Shown piece by piece: positions 1-12,259 of a DNA stretch of 64,000 bases. Origin of the DNA: Mobula hypostoma (Eukaryota); contig NC_086097.1 of NCBI RefSeq assembly GCF_963921235.1, forward strand, positions 31,496,001 to 31,560,000, read 5' to 3'. The notes under the pieces are model-generated. The model had not been told where the DNA came from and did not search any database. It worked only from the letters and a program-made list of their open reading frames with translations. A program made the position numbers and the translations under genes. Within the stretch, counting starts at the first letter, position 1, and every line of letters begins with the position of its first letter.

Positions 1-299
1 GTGTGAACACTCTACGAAATGCACTGCAGCTAATCAAGCAGATCACCCTGACACCACATTCCAAACCAGTGACCACTACCCACCAGGCAGGACAAGAGCT
101 CATGCCTGGGAACACCACCACCTGAACGGTTCTCTCAGTGTCCTAAATTGGAAATATATTGGTGTTTCTTCATCATCACTGAGTCAATATCCTAGAACTC
201 CTTGCCCAATCATGCCTGTATGCCAGTGACAATTCAATAAGGTGTCTCAACCTTAACTTGTCAAAAGCAGTTATGAAGAGTCAATGTGCTGCACTCTAC

Positions 300-1600
300 A
301 CTGGGAGAGAGGTTAAAAATGCCTGTAAACACAGCTGCCGGCTGTGCCGTGCACACTCTGTACCCACCCTGCGATGCCATCTTGTCCCGTAGCCTTGCGA
401 CTGTCCACTCGTTGGAAACACTTGCTTACTTCGGCCTCAGCGGCTCTCCTCAGGGGCTCAGTATTGGCAACATCAAATCGAGAGTGAAAAATATTTAGCT
501 CATCTGGGGGAGAAGCAGCAATGTTGGAAACTCCACTGCGTTTAGCTTTGAAGTCTGCGATAGTGTGCAGACCTTGCCACAAGCTGCGAGTGCTGTTGAT
601 GGAGAGCTGTGTCTGAATCTTGTCCTGGTATTGTTGTTTTGCTGCCCTGATGACTTTGCACAGACCGTAGCTGCACTTCTTGAGTTCCTACTGGTCACTG
701 GCAACGTAAGCTCTGTGTTGCACAGTAAGTGCTGCTCGCACAGAACTGTTGATCCAGGGTTTCTGGTTTGGATAGACCCTGAGTGATTTCTGGGCGACAA
801 CGTCCTCATCATGGAAAACATTCCGTCGACATCATCAAGGCAGTCCTGTAGCATGGAGGCCCACTGGTCAGACCAACAGTGGATGGCTTTAACTCTGGCG
901 GCCTCTTGTTTCAGCTTCTGCCTGTACTTCAGCAAAAGCAGGATGGAGGAGTGATCAGATTTTCCAAATGTTCGGCGAAGGAGCGCTTTGTTAGCGTTGC
1001 AGAAGGGACAGTAGCGGTGATCTAGTATGCTATATCCCCGTGTGCTCACATGGATATGTTGACAAAACTCCAGAGAAACTTTTGTCAATGTGCTCTATTA
1101 AAATCACTGGCAATGATGAAGGCAGACCCCGGTTGTGCAGTCTCCAGTGTGCTGATGGTCTTCTACAGTTGCTTGACAGCCAGGTCAGTATCAGCCTATG
1201 GCAGAATATACACAGCTGTGATAATAATAGCTGTGAACTCCCTAAGCAACCAGAAAGGTCTACACAGCACCACAAGGTACTCCAGATCCAGGGAAAAAAA
1301 GGATTTGAGGGCATGCAAGTTCTGGGGGCCACACCAAGCACTGTTGACCATGAAGCATACCCCATCTCCTTTACTCTTCCCAGAGAGGCTTTTTTGATCT
1401 GTCCGCCCAGTACAGGGAGAACCCAGAGGGCTCGATGGCATGATCCAGTATCTCATCCGTCAGCCAGGTCTCCACCAAGCACAAAATGTCACACTTCTTT
1501 GTTTCCCACTGGTAGGAAATTCTGGCTCTTAGTTCGCACAGCTTATTGTCCAGGGATTGAACGTTAGCCAGGAGTGTGCTAGCAGTTGCGGCTGATTAGT
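300..1600 (-). mobile_element. Decayed Rex1/Babar-like non-LTR retrotransposon ORF2 fragment (AP endonuclease and linker)
   Basis: Frameshifted minus-strand ORFs carry RPFWLLREFTAIIITAVYILP, TRGYSILDH, FGKSDHSSILLL and RKATGQDGI, which are typical endonuclease and pre-RT motifs of this clade. Confidence 0.75.
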
Positions 1601-1979
1601 ACACCGTCTCAACCTCAAGAGAACGCCGGTCCTTTTCCCTCACCTCCGAGGTAGCAGCAGTGTAGTAGATGAACCTCCCACTGATCGCTCAAGTTGGGGT
1701 TTCCAGTGTAGAAAAGGCAGCGTGTAGTGGGTAAATGCCATCTTCCTGACATTCAGGAGAGTCAGTCCATCATATCTAATGTGACCATCAGCAACTTGAA
1801 CAAGAAATGTGAAGAAAATCGCAGAAATTAGCAGTATACTGTAAAGTTGGAACAGAGCTCACAACACGGCCGCCATATGCAGCACCATCTTGTTGTATTA
1901 AGAGGTTCATTGTTGTTCAGACCAAACATCAGAATGGGGAGGAAATGTGATCCAAGTGGTTTAACCATTGAATGATTGT

Positions 1980-2690
1980 TAGAAACACAGAAAACCTTGT
2001 AGCACAATACAGGCCCTTCGGCCCACAAACCTGTGCCGAACATGTCCTTACCTTAGAACTATCTAGGTTTACCCATAGCCCTCTATTTTTCTAAGCTCCA
2101 TGTATCCATCCAGGAATCTCTTAAAAGACCCTATCATTTCCGCCTCCACCGGCAGCCCATTCCACGCACCCACCTCACTCTGCATAAAAAAACTTACCCC
2201 TGACATCTCCTCTGTACCTGCTTCCAAGCACCTTAAAACTATGCCCTCTCATGCTAGCCATTTCAGCCTTGGGAAAAAGCCTCTGACTATCCACACGATC
2301 AATACCTCTCAACATCTTATACACTTCTGTCAGGTCACCTCTCATCCTCCGTCACTCCAAGGAGAAAAGGCCAAGTTCACTCAACTTATTCTCATAAGGC
2401 ATGCTCCCCAATTCAGGCAACGTCCTTGTAAATCTCCTCTGCACCCTTTCTATCGTTTCCACGTCCTTCCTATAGAGAGGCAACCAGAACTGAGCACAGT
2501 ACTCCAAGTGAAGTCTGACCAGGGTCCTATATGGCTGCAATATTACCTCTCGGCTCTTAAACTCAATCCCACGATTGATGAAGGCCAATGCACAGTACGC
2601 CTTCTTAACCACACAGTCAACCTGTGTAGCAGCTTTGAGTGTCTATGGACTCGGACTCCAAGATCCCTCTGATCCTCCACACTGCCAAGA
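1980..2690 (-). mobile_element. CR1-like LINE 3' fragment
   Basis: ORF 2352..2612 reads KKAYCALAFINRGIEFKSREVIL..LVRLHLEYCAQFW..ERVQRRFTR, the CR1 ORF2 C-terminus, followed by the CR1-type 3' UTR. Confidence 0.85.
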
Positions 2691-2699
2691 GACTAGTCA

Positions 2700-3020
2700 T
2701 TAATGATTATTGATGTGAGATGGGTGGTTTGAGTACCTCAGAAACTGCTATCTCCTGGGATTTTCACTCTGTCTCCAGAGTTTACTGAATGGTGCAAAAA
2801 GTAAATTTTAAAAATCCAGTGACAGCTGTTTTGTGGGCAAAAACCTGGTCAGAGGAGAATGGCCAGACTGGTTCATGCTGACAGTAACTCAAATAACCAG
2901 GCTTTACAACAGTAGTGTGCAGAAGAGCATCTCTGAATGCACAGCAAATCAAACCTTGAAGTGGATAGGCTACAGCGGAAGATCATGAAGGAGTTTCCGA
3001 ATGAAATGGCAACTAAGTGT
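2700..3020 (+). mobile_element. Tc1-like non-autonomous element remnant
   Basis: Homologous to the internal sequence of the copies at 25891-26438 and 40927-41477 (ctcagaaactgct..tcctgggattttcac..; gtgcagaagagcatctctgaatgcac). Confidence 0.7.
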
Positions 3021-3669
3021 AGATCCGTATTGCTAAAGAACTACTTATTGGATTGAATAACTGAGTCATAGAACAGTAAGAAGGTTTATGTTCCCATCAC
3101 ACAAGATTCTGGTGAGGCCACAGCTGGAGTATTGTGTCCAGTTTTGGTTACCCTGCTGTAGGAAAGATGTTATTAAACTGGAAAGAGTGCAGAATATATT
3201 TATAAGGATACTGCCAGTTTTCCCAGAGACCAAGTGAAAGGGAGAGGCCAGACAGGCTAGGGCTGCTTAATAATTACCTTCTCACGTGTACATAAAAACT
3301 TACAGTGAAAAGCATTGTTTGTGTCAATGACCACAATCAGAGGATGTGCTGGGGACAGTCCACAAGTATTGCCATGTTTCTGATGGCAACATAGCATACC
3401 AACCAGTTACTAACCCAAATCTGTATGAAAAGTGGTTTTGTATAAAATAGTATGCGTAGATGAGGTGAATGCACCCAGCCTTTTACGCAGGGTTGGGGAA
3501 TCAAGAACCAAAGGGCATATGTTTAAAGGTAAGAGGGGAGAAATTTAATGGGAACTTTATTTGAAATGCAGTGGGTGGCAAGTGTATGGAATGAATTGCC
3601 AGAGGAAGTGGCTTATCGCAATAAGGGCCAAACAGAGGTAAATTGTAACTACAAACAAGGAAAAAACCC

Positions 3670-3930
3670 CTGCAGATGCTGGAAATCCAAGCAACACATA
3701 CATGTAACATACATCAAAGTTGCTGGTGAACGCAGCAGGCCAAGCAGCATCTATAGGAAGAGGCGCAGCCGACGTTTCAGGCCGAGACCCTTCGTCAGGA
3801 CTAACTGAAGGAAGAGTGAGTAAGGGATTTGAAAGCACATACATGTTGAAGGGTTTCGGCCTGAAACATCAACTGTACTTTTTTTGCATGAATGCTGCCT
3901 GACCTGCTGAATTCCCCCAACATTTTGTGC
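3670..3930. mobile_element. Two back-to-back Penelope-like element terminal fragments
   Basis: Recurrent motif ctgacgaagggtctcggcc.gaaacgtcg..gatgctgcctg.cctgctga.ttc..ccagcattttgtg occurs in both orientations. The same motif lies downstream of the GIY-YIG remnant (28150-28390). Confidence 0.65.
3767..3802 (-). ncRNA. Minimal type I hammerhead ribozyme motif in a Penelope-like element end
   Basis: Minus strand reads agtc CTGACGA a gggtctcggcct GAAA c GTC ggct: intact core, stem II hairpin, very short stem III, and stem I agtc/ggct. Confidence 0.6.
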
Positions 3931-4273
3931 AAATTGCAACTAGCTTAGATGGTATCTTGGTCAGCCTGGATTGATTAGGCCAAAGGGCCTCTTCCCGTGC
4001 TCCTTAACTGTGAACGAGCACGGTGCTCTCTAGATGCAGAGCCTGGGGTACACCACACCTAGAGGGCGGTGTACAACACCATTCCAGCTGCCAGCAAACG
4101 GCAGAGGGGCCGCATGGCTGAGTCTCCGTACCACACCACCCCCAACAACCCATCCCACCTCTCCACCGCCACACCACCTCCCCACCCTCCCACCCAAACC
4201 TATCCCTTCACACCTGCACTCCACCCCATCTCTCCCTTCCAGATACCCCTGAGCCCGGCGCTTTCCCGCTCAC

Positions 4274-4556
4274 CGGTGAAAGGCCAGAGCTTGATGTCGC
4301 TTTGCACCGTTGGGTCGTCGAACCTCCGGCCTATCAGGCGCTTGGCGTCGAAGACGGTGTTGGTGGGATTGATGGCTACCTGGTTCTTGGCCGGATCGCC
4401 GATCAGGCGCTCGGTGTCGGTAAAGGCCACGTAGCTGGGCGTCGTGCGGTTGCCCTGATCGTTGGCGATTATCTCCACCTTGCCATGCTGGAAGACGCCG
4501 ACGCAGGAGTAGGTGGTGCCCAAGTCGATGCCGACAGCCGGCGAGCGGACCGACAT
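4274..4556 (-). CDS. HSPA2: HSP70 family, HSPA2-type: first coding segment (94 codons plus 1 nt), ending at a candidate splice donor
   Basis: [57 protein letters not shown]. The N-terminus resembles HSPA2 (MSARGPAIGIDLG), and the position downstream of ZBTB1 in the same orientation matches human synteny. Homology stops at G|GTGAGC (4273). No further HSP70 sequence was seen in the window. Confidence 0.8.
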
Positions 4557-4790
4557 TGCGAGCGTGCGTGCGGGGGCTGAGGGTCGCCGCCCGTTTCCCA
4601 CTCACCCCGAGCGCGGCCAATCACGTCGCGGCCTTTGTCCCGCCTCGCTCTGTCAGCCAATCACCAAGCGGCAATTGTCCACTACCCCCTGCTGTCAGCG
4701 GGGTAACAGGGTCACATCATTGGTCGCATCCCGGCACACGGACCAATTACAACCTGGCGATCTCTGGCCAATGAAAACAGCGAAGCACGA
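4557..4790 (-). promoter_or_regulatory. CpG-rich HSPA2 proximal promoter/5' UTR with five CCAAT boxes
   Basis: CCAAT at 4617, 4657, 4743 and 4768, ATTGG at 4719. CpG-dense and immediately upstream of the ATG. Confidence 0.65.
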
Positions 4791-4809
4791 CGGCCAGTGC
4801 ACAGCGGCA

Positions 4810-5765
4810 GCTGCCTCGCTGACGGTCAACGCCGGCGCACCTCGCGGATGTGTGCTCGGCCCTCTGCTCCACATCCATGACTGTGTGGCTAGGCACAACT
4901 CAAATGCCATCACATATTAGCTGACGATACAATTGTTGTAAGCAGAATGTCAGATGGTGACGAGAGGGCGTATAGGAGTAAGATATATCAGCTGGTTGAG
5001 TGGTGTATCCAGCAACAACCTCGCACTCAAAGTCAGTAAGACCAAAGAGCTGATTGTGCACTTCAGAAAGGGCAAGATGAGAGAACACACACACCAGACC
5101 TCGCAGAAGGAGAAAGAGTGAATAATTTCAAGTTAGCCCGTGCCAATATCTTTGAGGATTTACCCTGGACCTGACATATCAATGTAGCTACAAAGATGGC
5201 ACGACAGTGGCTATATTTCATTAGGAGTTTGAGGAGATTTGCTATGTCACCAAAGACAATTGCAAATTTCGACTAATATACCGTGGAGAGCATTTTAACT
5301 GGCTGCAGCATCGTCTGGAAAGGGGGTGGGCCAGGTGGCTACTGCACAGGATCGAAATAGGCTGCAGAGACTTGTAAAATTAGTCAGCTTCATCACGGGC
5401 ACTAGTATCCAGGACACCTTCAAGAAGCGATTCCTCAAAAAGGCGGCATCTATAATTAAGGACACCTATCATCCAGGACATGCCCCCTTCTCGTTGCTTC
5501 CATCAGCGAGGCGGTACAGAAGCCTGAAGGCACACACTGAGATTCAAGAACAGCTTCTTCCCCTCTGCCATTAGATTTCTGAATGGGCATTACAGGTTCT
5601 ATACTTAATTATGTTTTTATTTTTGCACTACTTATTTAACTTGTTTTATAAACATTTACTGAAATCCACGTTTTGTTCTCTCTATTATTATGTATTGCAT
5701 TGCGCTGCTGCCGCAAAGACAACACATTTCACGGTATATGCCGGTGATATTAAAACTGATTCCGA
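4810..5765 (+). mobile_element. Rex1/Babar-like LINE 3' fragment (RT C-terminal half and tail)
   Basis: GAPRGCVLGPLL..HDCVARHNSNAI, a decayed ADDT motif, HPGHAPFSLLPSARRYRSL, and a 3' tail ggtgatattaaaactgattc. Many further fragments occur, e.g. ~7350-7990, 19400-20690, 21000-21420, 28825-29380 and 38640-39105. Confidence 0.8.
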
Positions 5766-5776
5766 ACCGCCAACAG

Positions 5777-5830
5777 CACGTGGAAATCCGAATGGGGCGG
5801 GGTCAATATTTTGATTGGACGAGAGCCAAT
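5777..5830. promoter_or_regulatory. E-box, GC box and inverted CCAAT pair
   Basis: CACGTG at 5777, GGGGCGGGG at 5794, and tgATTGG-acgagag-CCAATca at 5812-5832. Confidence 0.4.
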
Positions 5831-6189
5831 CAGAGCAGAGGATCTGCATCTGTTCCTGGTCTTAATACGGAGGTCATTGATTTCTACACCTCCTTAAACG
5901 GACCCACTCACCAATATTTCACCTAAGTGAGAATAGTTAGACGTGTTTCCTCCAGAATTAAGGGTTTTGGATATTACTGACATTTTAACGCCCACCCCAA
6001 TTTGTCTTTAAGTGGGTAGTCAGTATATTTTTGAATCATCGCTGTCAGAGCGCCATAGACCTTACAGCACGGAAATTATGGGGATGGCTGTATAATACAG
6101 TCCCATGGCCTCAATGGACAATTCCCCGAGAATATCATCTCTGGGCACCGCGATGTTGTCTCTAATCAAAACCACAATCCCCTCTCCTC

Positions 6190-9100
6190 TATCACGCCTG
6201 TAACATGTCTCGGAGTCAAAGCTTCCGGCCACTGCGGACACCTGGAGAGCTGGCCACATTCGGCTCCTTATGCTCAGGACTCGCCACGCTCCTCCGGGGA
6301 CGGTCCTACGTAACACCAGACGCTTCTTGGAAATGTACTTACCTTTTTGTTTATTTTGAGACACAGTGCAAAACAGGCCTTGCATCCCAACTCGCTGTAC
6401 CGCCCAATTTAAACCTAGCCTAATCATGGGACAATTTGCAGTGACTGATTAACCTACCAACTGAAACACCCAGAAGAAACCCACATTATCATGGGGAGAC
6501 CTTACAGATTTTCTTATGGAGGATGCCGGAATTGAACTCCACTACTCTACCATGGCGCCAATCCCGTTCCGCAACGCGACGAGGTGTTTCCTGTACGGGC
6601 CGATCTTGTACACTCCCCACGGCTGCCGTCTAGCAGTAGGGGGAGAGAGAGAGTATGTATGTGGTGGGGGTGGGGGGTCTCCAATGGAAGTCCAATGGAA
6701 CACGGGTGTTCTCCCACTTTCTCCAGATGGAATACAGTGTAGGGAAATGTATGGCCATGCACGGTGGTAGAAGGAAACTGCAACCATAGACTATTTTCTA
6801 AACAGGGAACAAATTCAGAAATCGGAGGTGCAGAGTGCCCTAATATAGGAGTCCATAAAGGTTAACTTTCAGGTCGAGTCGGTAGTAAGGAAGGCAAATG
6901 CAATGTTAGCATTCGTTTTGAGAGACTAGAATATCAAGTTCAAGTTCATCGCGCCGAGTGTTTCTTGTATAGGCCAATCCTGCACACACTCCACTGGCTT
7001 GCCCACGTCTGCCGTCCGGATACACCTCGGTGATAGATAGATAGATATACTTTATTGATCCCGAGGGAAATTGGGTGATCGATTCTGCTATCTAACAGTG
7101 GGTGGGGGGAGGTACTTGCAGGTTAAGTCGGTAATAAGGAAGGCAAATGCAATATTGGCCTTTATTTCAAGAGATTGGAATATAAAAGCAAGAATGTATT
7201 GCTGAGACTTTATAAGGCACTGGTCAGACCCCATTTAGAGTACTTAGAGTACTGTATTGTGGTCAGTTTTAGGCCCGTTATCTACAATAAGAAAGCATAT
7301 GCTGGTATTGGAGAGGCTTTGGGCCGCTCTGAGGACTAAATTTTGGTTCAGAATGTTGTTCTTCGCTTCAATTACTTGCATGATTTCTTGTGCTTCTGGT
7401 ATTGGTCTTTATTTTTTCTCTTTAATTGGTTTCTTTAGGGTTTCTTGCTTTGTGGCTACCTGTGAGCAAACAAATCTCAAGGTTGTATAATTTATACATT
7501 CCTTGATAATAAATGTACTTTGAATCTTGAAATGAGCAATAAACGTTGACAACAGTAGAAGAGACCTTGAAAGTGAGTCGAAAGGCTGTGGGAACGTTTC
7601 AGTGATGGGGTGAGTGAAGTTATCCCCCTTGGTTCAAGGGCCGATGGTTGAGAGGTAATAACAGTTCCTGAACCTGGTGGTGTGAATCCTGAGGCTTCTG
7701 TACCCTTTCCTGATGGCAGCAGTGAGAAGAGAGTATGTTCCCCCCGCCCCGACGATGGATGATGCTTTCCTGCAACAACACTCCATGTAGATGTGCTCGA
7801 CTTTGGGAAGAGCTGTACCTGTGATGGAATGGGCTGTATCCACTACACTTTGTAGCATCTTCCATTCAAGCACATTGATGTTTACACACCAGGCTGCGAT
7901 GCAACCAGTCAATGTGCTTTCCACCACACATCTGTAAGAACTTCGTCAAAGTTTTAGATGCCGTGCTGAATCTTCGCAAACTCCCAAGTAGAGGCACAAT
8001 GAAGAGGGTCTCATCGAAATCTGTCGAATATTGAAAAATCTTCATAGAATGGATGTGGTAAGGATGTTTCCTATAATGGGGGAGTCTAGCACGGGAAGGC
8101 ACAGCCTCAGAATACAAGAGTGTCCCTTTAGAAGGGATGAGGAGGGATTTCTTTAGCTGGAGGGTGGTGGATCTGGAATTCATTGCCACAGATGGCGGTA
8201 GGGGACAGGTCATTGGGTATATTTAAAGTGGAGTTTGGTAGATTTTTGATTAGTATGGGCGTTAAAGGTTATGGGGCCGAATGTTGGAGAATGGGGTTGA
8301 GACTGCATTGTTCCCCCCCCCCAAACTGCGTGGGTCCGTGGCCGCGCAGTTGGAATTTTCTTTTGTATATTGCTAACATGATTTTGAAATACCCTGTAAT
8401 TATGTGTAAATGAATATAATCCCTAAACTTTCTAAATAATAAATTTATCACCTTTACATAGCGATTCAACGTATTTACATTCTCACTGTTTCAAGTTATA
8501 ACACTTGCTAATTGTAACAATAAACACGGTGGAAGTCGGTAGCTCATTAATAAACCCGCCAGACCGCTGTCGACGCCATCTAAGTCTAAGTTTACGAAAC
8601 TTGAACGAATTTCTTTGTTGTACTGTATTTCATGCCTTCCAATTAAGAAATAAAATCAAAAGTATGTGATTTTTCTATTTTCTTTCTAACTATTCATAGT
8701 ATGCACATTACAAACAAAACATTTTAAGTGCCGCGCAGTTTTCAGGCCCGTGTAAAGTTTCCGCTCGGAGCAATGCTGCGTAGCTATAGAGAAATAGAGG
8801 GAACGTTGAAACTTGAGAGGGTTAGTAAATCTACCATGATCGAATGGCGGAGCAGACTCAGTGGGCAAATGGTCTACAGTGCGTGTTGTGGTATTTACAT
8901 TCAGAATCTGGGCCGGGGTGTTGCACGGAGCGGTGCTGCGTGACGGGTTTTTAGTGTAGCTCAGTCAACTGCCTCTGCTGGTCCCTGGAGGGGTTCGTGT
9001 TCCACACAAGTACGGGGTGTGAAGAGTTGCAGGGCCCTGTTTTGAATTTCTTAAGGAGCTTTTGAGACACCTCAGCCACACTCCTGCTCCCTCGGAGGAC

Positions 9101-9270
9101 CTCCTCATCGGCCTGGCCGGGGTGGTCACTCACAGGACCCGGCAGCAGGCTGACTGACTTCCGCTTCTGAGCCCAGGTGTCCCCGGAGAGAGGGTACTCC
9201 AGGTCCCATAGGACTCGGAAGACCTTCCAGACCGGTGAGCACCGTTCGGGGCTGAAGTGCACACTTTGTT
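6190..9270 (+). mobile_element. Tx1/L1-clade retrotransposon 3' region broken into pieces by younger insertions
   Basis: Pieces at ~6540-6730 (PFRNATRCFLYG..) and ~8905-9270 (VLHGAV.., GLEGFVFH..C, EDLLIGLA..) resemble the Tx1 ORF2 C-terminal zf-RVT region. They are interrupted by CR1, Rex1 and MITE fragments. Confidence 0.55.
8306..8809. mobile_element. Non-autonomous DNA transposon (hAT-like MITE) inserted in a CR1 3' end
   Basis: Ends cattgttccc.. and ..agagggaacgttg form imperfect TIRs. A partial copy of one end starts at ~62747 (aatgttccctctaa..aaactgcgcggcac). Confidence 0.5.
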
Positions 9271-12253
9271 TCTAGATTGTTTCAAATGGACAGCTACAGT
9301 GCTTAAAAACTTCAGGCTATTCGACCCTTCTAGTCTACGCCACCATCATAACCTTTAGCCCATTTAGTAATCAAGAACCTATCAATTTCTGGCTTAAATT
9401 CCCCGATGACTTGGTTCCTACAGCCGTCTGAGGCAACGAATTCCACAAATTCACCACTCTCTGCCTAAAGTTCTGCTCACTGGTGTTCCAAAGGGACAGC
9501 CTTCAATTCTGAGCTAGACTGTCCGCTATAGGAAACATCCTTTCCACATCCGCTCTATCTAGGCCTCTCAGTATTCATATATAAAACATGCTCGAGGCTG
9601 CATAGAAAGAGCAATACTCCTACCTGATAAACCAGTAACTGCATTGTACTTCCTAGACACCTGCTCCATCCTCAAACCACTGCCCAGTTTGATGTGTGTT
9701 GCCCAGTTCCTTCAGTGGCACAGCTTGCATCCATCTCAACAATTTCCCCCATAGTTAAATAGCTCCTTGGGCTGGGTGACGGGCCCTCTCCAGGGTTCAG
9801 TTGTACACAACGTTGCCATTTCTAATACTGTGCTCCGTTTTGATTCACCCTGCGGTAGGAAGGATTGCATTGAGCAGCGGTTCCCCCGTGGTATAGACTG
9901 TTTTATAGACGGTAGTGACCATATTTTAATTTGAATATACTTACTATCTTTGTAAATATTGATTGTACATTTGTGTATATGTGTTGTAGATAAACTTTTA
10001 TAATTTTGTTTTTAAAAATGGCATTAAGTTGGAAAGAGTGCAGAGATTTACAAAGATGTTGCCAAGATTCGAGGGACTGAAATATGGAGTTTGAACAAGT
10101 TGATACATTACTACTTGGAAGATAGGAGTACCAGGGGTGATTTTAGAGAGGTGTATAAAATCATTAGGGTTAGGTAGGGTAAATGTACAATCTGTTTCCC
10201 CATGTTTAGGAAATCGAGAATTAAAGGCAATTAATTTAATTAATTAAAGGTTTAAGGTGAGGAGAAAGATTCAATAGGTACTCATGACGAGTCTGCCTGA
10301 AACATCCTCCATAGATACTACCTGACTTGCTGAATTTCCCTTGCATTTTGTGTGTGTTGCTCAGGATTTCCAGCATCTGCAGAAACTCTGAAGATTTAAT
10401 AGGAGGCTGAGGAAAACTTTAAAAACCAGAGACTGGCCAGAATACAGAAGAAACTGCAGGGGAAACTAGAGGCAGGTACATTAGAAGAGACTTGGACAGG
10501 CACATGGATCCGGAAGGTTTATCGCTATGGAATAAGGGCCAAACATGGGGAAATGGCACTAGCTTAGCTGGTATTGGCCAGTGGGGCCATAGTGCCCGTT
10601 TCCATCCTGTATGTCTCAGCATTTCTGGTCACCCCATTGCAGGAAGGATGTGGAGGCTTCGGAGAAGGTCTCTAAGAGGTTCACCAGGATGCTGCCTGGA
10701 TTAGAGGGTATGAGATAGAAGGCAAGGCTGGACAAAGTTGGGTTGTTTTCTCTGCAGTAGCAGAGGGGAAACCTGCCAGGAGCTTTTAAAATTGGGACAC
10801 AGACAGGTGGAATCTTTCCTCAGCACTAGAGAACGTATTTTATTTTTACTAGAGGACAGGAAGGATTCAGCAAAATGCAGGTACAGCACCTGGGACAGCC
10901 ATTGCCTGGGTGGAGGTCACGCCAGATTGAAGCACGAGGCCCGAGGGCGGAAAACAGGCTGGTGTTCAGTCCGTGCCAGCCAAAGAGCCCCACCTGAGCC
11001 CATTCCGTCTGCCCGTCTCACCCTCTTCTCGCTATTACCATCAGGCAGGAGCCTTGGCTCTCCGCCACCAGGTTCAGGAGCAGTTATTGCCCTGTAGCCA
11101 TCGGGCTCCCAGACCGGCTTCACGCCCCTCAGAGCCTGCGGACTCACCTCGGAGGGTCCACAGCTCATGCTCGAGGAGTTACTTCATTTTTTAAAATTAT
11201 TATTTGCACAATTTGCCCCCTTTTACAAATTGGATGTTGTTTTAAAAGGTGTATAAGATGAGAGGCATTGATCGTGTGGATAGTCAGAGGCTTCTTCCCA
11301 GGGCTGAAATGGCTGCCACGAGAGGGCAGTTTTAAGGTGCTGGGGAGTAGGTACAGAGCAGATGTCAGGGCTAAGTTTTTTTTACTCGAGAGTGGTGAGT
11401 GTGTGGAATGGGCTGCCGGCAACGGTGGTGGAGGTGGATACGATAGGGTCTTTTCAGAGACTGCTGGATAGGTACATGGAGCTTAGAAAAATAGAGGGCT
11501 ATAGGTAACCTGAGGTAATTTCTAAGATAGGGACAACTTTGTGGGCTGAAGGGCCTGTATTGTGCTGTAGGTTTTCTATGCTTTTTGTGTAGATTCTTTG
11601 TATTTCTGTTTTTTTGTGGGCATCTGCAAGAAAATGAGCCTCAAGGTTGTGTATGGTATACATAATTTGATAATAAATGCACTTTGAACTTTGAGATAGG
11701 GGACCAAGGGTGAAACATGGTATTATGATGCAGAGAGTGGTAGGTGCCACGGTAACAATGGGAGCAGGGAGATTGGTGGAGTTTAGAAGGCTCAGACAGA
11801 CACATGAAGGGAATGGAGGGATATGGATGATACGGAGGTGGAGGACATATAAAGTTTAGCTTTATATGTCACATGTACATTGAAGCATACAGTGAAATGG
11901 ATCATTCGCATCAAATCAAACCAGTGAGAATTGTGCTGGGTGCCACCATGTCTCCATAGCATGCCCAGAGCTTACTAACCCTAAACTGTATACTTTTGGA
12001 GTGTGGGAGGAAACCAGAGCACCCAGAGGAAACCCCCATGGTCACAGTACAGACAGCTGCAGGAATCGAACCCTGATCTTACAGCTGTTGCTGCAAGTGT
12101 TACGCTACCATGACACCCCCGTGTCAATCAGCACAACACAACGGGCCAGACAGTCTGTACAGTGCTATACTGTTCGACATTCTATAACCAAGGCTGTGCG
12201 GGAGAGACACGAACAGGAAACACAATGTTAATGTCATCGTTTACATACAGAAC

Positions 12254-12259
12254 TTTATT
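12254..12259 (-). terminator. Probable ZBTB1 polyadenylation signal
   Basis: AATAAA on the minus strand (tttatt on plus), ~1050 nt after the stop codon, in AT-rich unique sequence. Confidence 0.6.

Noticed and set aside
2100-2672. 190-aa and similar mid-length ORFs (e.g. 21553..22134)
   Set aside because: Antisense frames of CR1 LINE fragments.
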